A stretch of 61,967 bases of DNA, the filler included, from Stramenopiles sp. TOSAG23-6 (Eukaryota), in NCBI GenBank assembly GCA_900128565.1. It is 21 parts of 21 records of this genome, joined end to end, with 100 filler letters (N's around TTAATTAATTAA, not from the genome) between each part and the next. Parts side by side here need not be neighbours in the genome. Positions count along the whole stretch, not along the records: positions 59,133 to 61,967 come from LT637798.1; 20 more parts are not named here. The stretch is one strand, 5' to 3'. This document shows positions 59,992-61,967 of this stretch, one piece after another. The notes below the pieces were generated by a model. It was not told the DNA's origin. It saw only the letters and a list, made by a program, of their open reading frames with translations, and ran no database searches. The position numbers and the translations under genes were made by a program. Every line of letters starts with the position of its first letter. Position 1 is the stretch's first letter.

Positions 59992-61941
59992 ATGGCAAAA
60001 TGCGTAATTGTTCCTGGCAATGGTTGTACGAATGTTGAAAGTTGTAATTGGTATTCATGGGCCCAGAAAGAACTTTCAGAGAGTGGCTTTTTTCCTGGTG
60101 GTGTAATTTTGCGAACAATGCCAGACCCCCACAAAGCAAGACGCTCTCGTTGGCTTCCTTTTTTATTAAACGAATGCCATGCCGACTCTAATACAGTAGT
60201 TATTGGTCATAGTAGTGGGGCGGTTGCGACAATGCGACTTCTTGAAACCAATCGTTTACTAGGCGCAGTTCTTGTAGCTGCTTGCCACACTGACCTTGGA
60301 CACCAGTCGGAAGCGATATCACATTACTACCCAGAGTCACCGACAAGTATATCCCATAACACCGGTAATGGTGGTCCATGGAAATGGGAGAATATATCGA
60401 ATAATGCTAACTGGATACTCCAATTTCATTCGACCGATGACTGTTTCATACCTCCAAAGGAAGCAAGGTTTGTATCAACTAAAACTCACAGTACATATTT
60501 CGAATTTAATGATAGAAACCATTTTTTTAGTCCTTTTCCTGAACTTATTCGAGAAATAATTTCTAAAATGAAACGTTCCAAATTAAGTGACAATACTATT
60601 ATAAACTCTAGTTCCCCATATCTCTCTAATCGTGTTGTAAATCAACAGAAATCAAGTTCATCTTCTGGCTGGCAAAGGATCATTGAACTTGGAAAAAATC
60701 CTAAATTAATTAATTTAGGTCAAGGTTTCCCTGACTTTGAAGGAAATTCAGCAGCACGTATCGCAGCGGAGTCGGCAATAAAAGCTGGAACGCATGATCA
60801 ATATTCTACTCAATCTGGATCTCATTTGCTAAAGTCGGCAATATCCAATTTAGCATCATTCACAAGTTTTTCAGAAAATAGTCATACTTTAGATGTAAAC
60901 AATGAGATTTGTGTAATGACAAGTGGAACTGAAGCATTATATTGTGCAATACAAGCTATTATAAATCCAGGCGATGAAGTTGTTATCTTCGAACCATGCT
61001 TTCCTTGGTATTTATCACAAATTTCCCTCGCCGGTGGAATACCTGTAATAGTGAAGTTAAATGCACCACATTTTTCACTTGTTGGAGATAGCGATATCAA
61101 AACACGAGTCAAAAAGGCATTCACCAACAAAACGAAAATGGTAATATACAATAGTCCTCATAATCCAAGTGGTCATTGTGCGACAATTTCAGAATTACAA
61201 CTTTTGAGTAATTTGTGTATCGAACATGACGTTATTTGTCTCTCGGATGAAGTATACGAAATTGCTATATATAATCCAAGTAAGGCACGTCACTATCGTA
61301 TCCGAAATATTGATGGAATGTGGGAAAGAACGCTGACAGTAGGATCAGCGTCGAAATTACTTGGATTAACTGGATGGCGAGTAGGTTGGTTGACAGGTCC
61401 ATCATCACTCATTGAGGGTGCTCAAACTGTCCATGGGTTTTCAACTTTTTGTGCACCGACTCCTCTTCAATTTGGAGTTTCTGCAGGTATTAGACAATTA
61501 CTATCATCCAAAGATAAAATGAATGTATGTTTTATTTTTTTTTCAAATTCGAAGCTTTTTTTTCGTACGAAATTTTGTATCTAACGATTTTTTTTTTTAT
61601 ATTTTTCCAAAATACATGAATTGGGTTTGCATCTTGGTAAAATGTGGAACAAACTGGCATTAGTATTGAGCCAAATGAAAGGTGTTGAAGTATGCCCAGC
61701 TGATGGAGGATATTTCCTTACGTGTGACGTAAGTAGCACTGGGATGACTGATTTTGAATGGGTCAACTATTTAGCAGAAGAAGCCGGAATTGTGGCAATA
61801 CCGCTCTGTTTATTCATGGCTAAAAGTTCAAGTAATCCAACAAATTTTGCCCATTCTAGCCTCGTTCGTTTTGCCATTTGTAAAACAGACGAAACAATTT
61901 CAAAAGCTGTTGCGTCATTGAACAAAATTATAGGGAAATAG
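59992..61941 (+). CDS. Fusion of RBBP9/YdeN alpha/beta serine hydrolase and class I/II aminotransferase (kynurenine/glutamine transaminase-like); intron 61525-61617
   Basis: VPGNG..NWY, GHSSG, QFHSTDD; then INLGQGFPD, NSPHNPSG, SDEVYE, GSASK..TGWRVG, VRFAICK. Confidence 0.9.
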
Positions 61942-61967
61942 AATTTGAGAATGTATACTTTTGTATT

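Larger units (their letters stand above)
1..61617. mobile_element. Dispersed family of non-canonical, mostly GT-AT introns (introner-like), more than 60 full or partial copies
   Basis: Recurrent consensus GTAYGTTTT..T-rich..TTCGTACGAAATTTYGTACCTAAC..T-rich..GAAATATTTTTCCAAAATACAT. Interrupting copies lie in the sense orientation of the host gene and their removal restores ORFs and conserved motifs. Intron status is well supported; mobility is inferred. Confidence 0.85.

Noticed and set aside
61525-61617. Stop-codon readthrough or alternative genetic code instead of splicing
   Set aside because: This intron is 93 nt, but most others are not multiples of 3 (106, 109, 91, 113 nt), and intronless genes end normally at TAA, TAG or TGA.

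Overview
AT-rich eukaryotic nuclear DNA from a flagellated protist (CFAP57, WDR93 and a BART-domain protein are present; stramenopile-like is only a guess). The window is not contiguous: it is 21 contigs of about 2.85 kb joined by artificial N44-TTAATTAATTAA-N44 linkers, with one exactly duplicated contig and several inverted or chimeric joins typical of amplified single-cell DNA. The main signal is a family of more than 60 (manual count, full plus partial) short, sequence-related introns, mostly 85-135 nt. They start GT(A/T)YGTTTT, carry a hairpin fused to a branch-point-like motif (GTACGAAATTTYGTAC-CTAAC), and mostly end in AT (..CCAAAATACAT / ..CACAATAYAT) instead of AG. Removing them as GT-AT introns restores conserved motifs in a ubiquitin-specific protease, RCC1, F-box, PiT, OST3/6, FANCI and an aminotransferase, while the nearest AG breaks them. 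The junction pattern AT|GTAT...ATAC|AT resembles short terminal inverted repeats with an AT target-site duplication, i.e. an introner-like element. Other observations: short TTAGGG telomere-type repeats inside exons, a head-to-head PEP mutase / phosphonopyruvate decarboxylase pair, and an RBBP9-hydrolase/aminotransferase fusion. All splice junctions are inferred from reading frame and remembered family motifs, not from RNA data.
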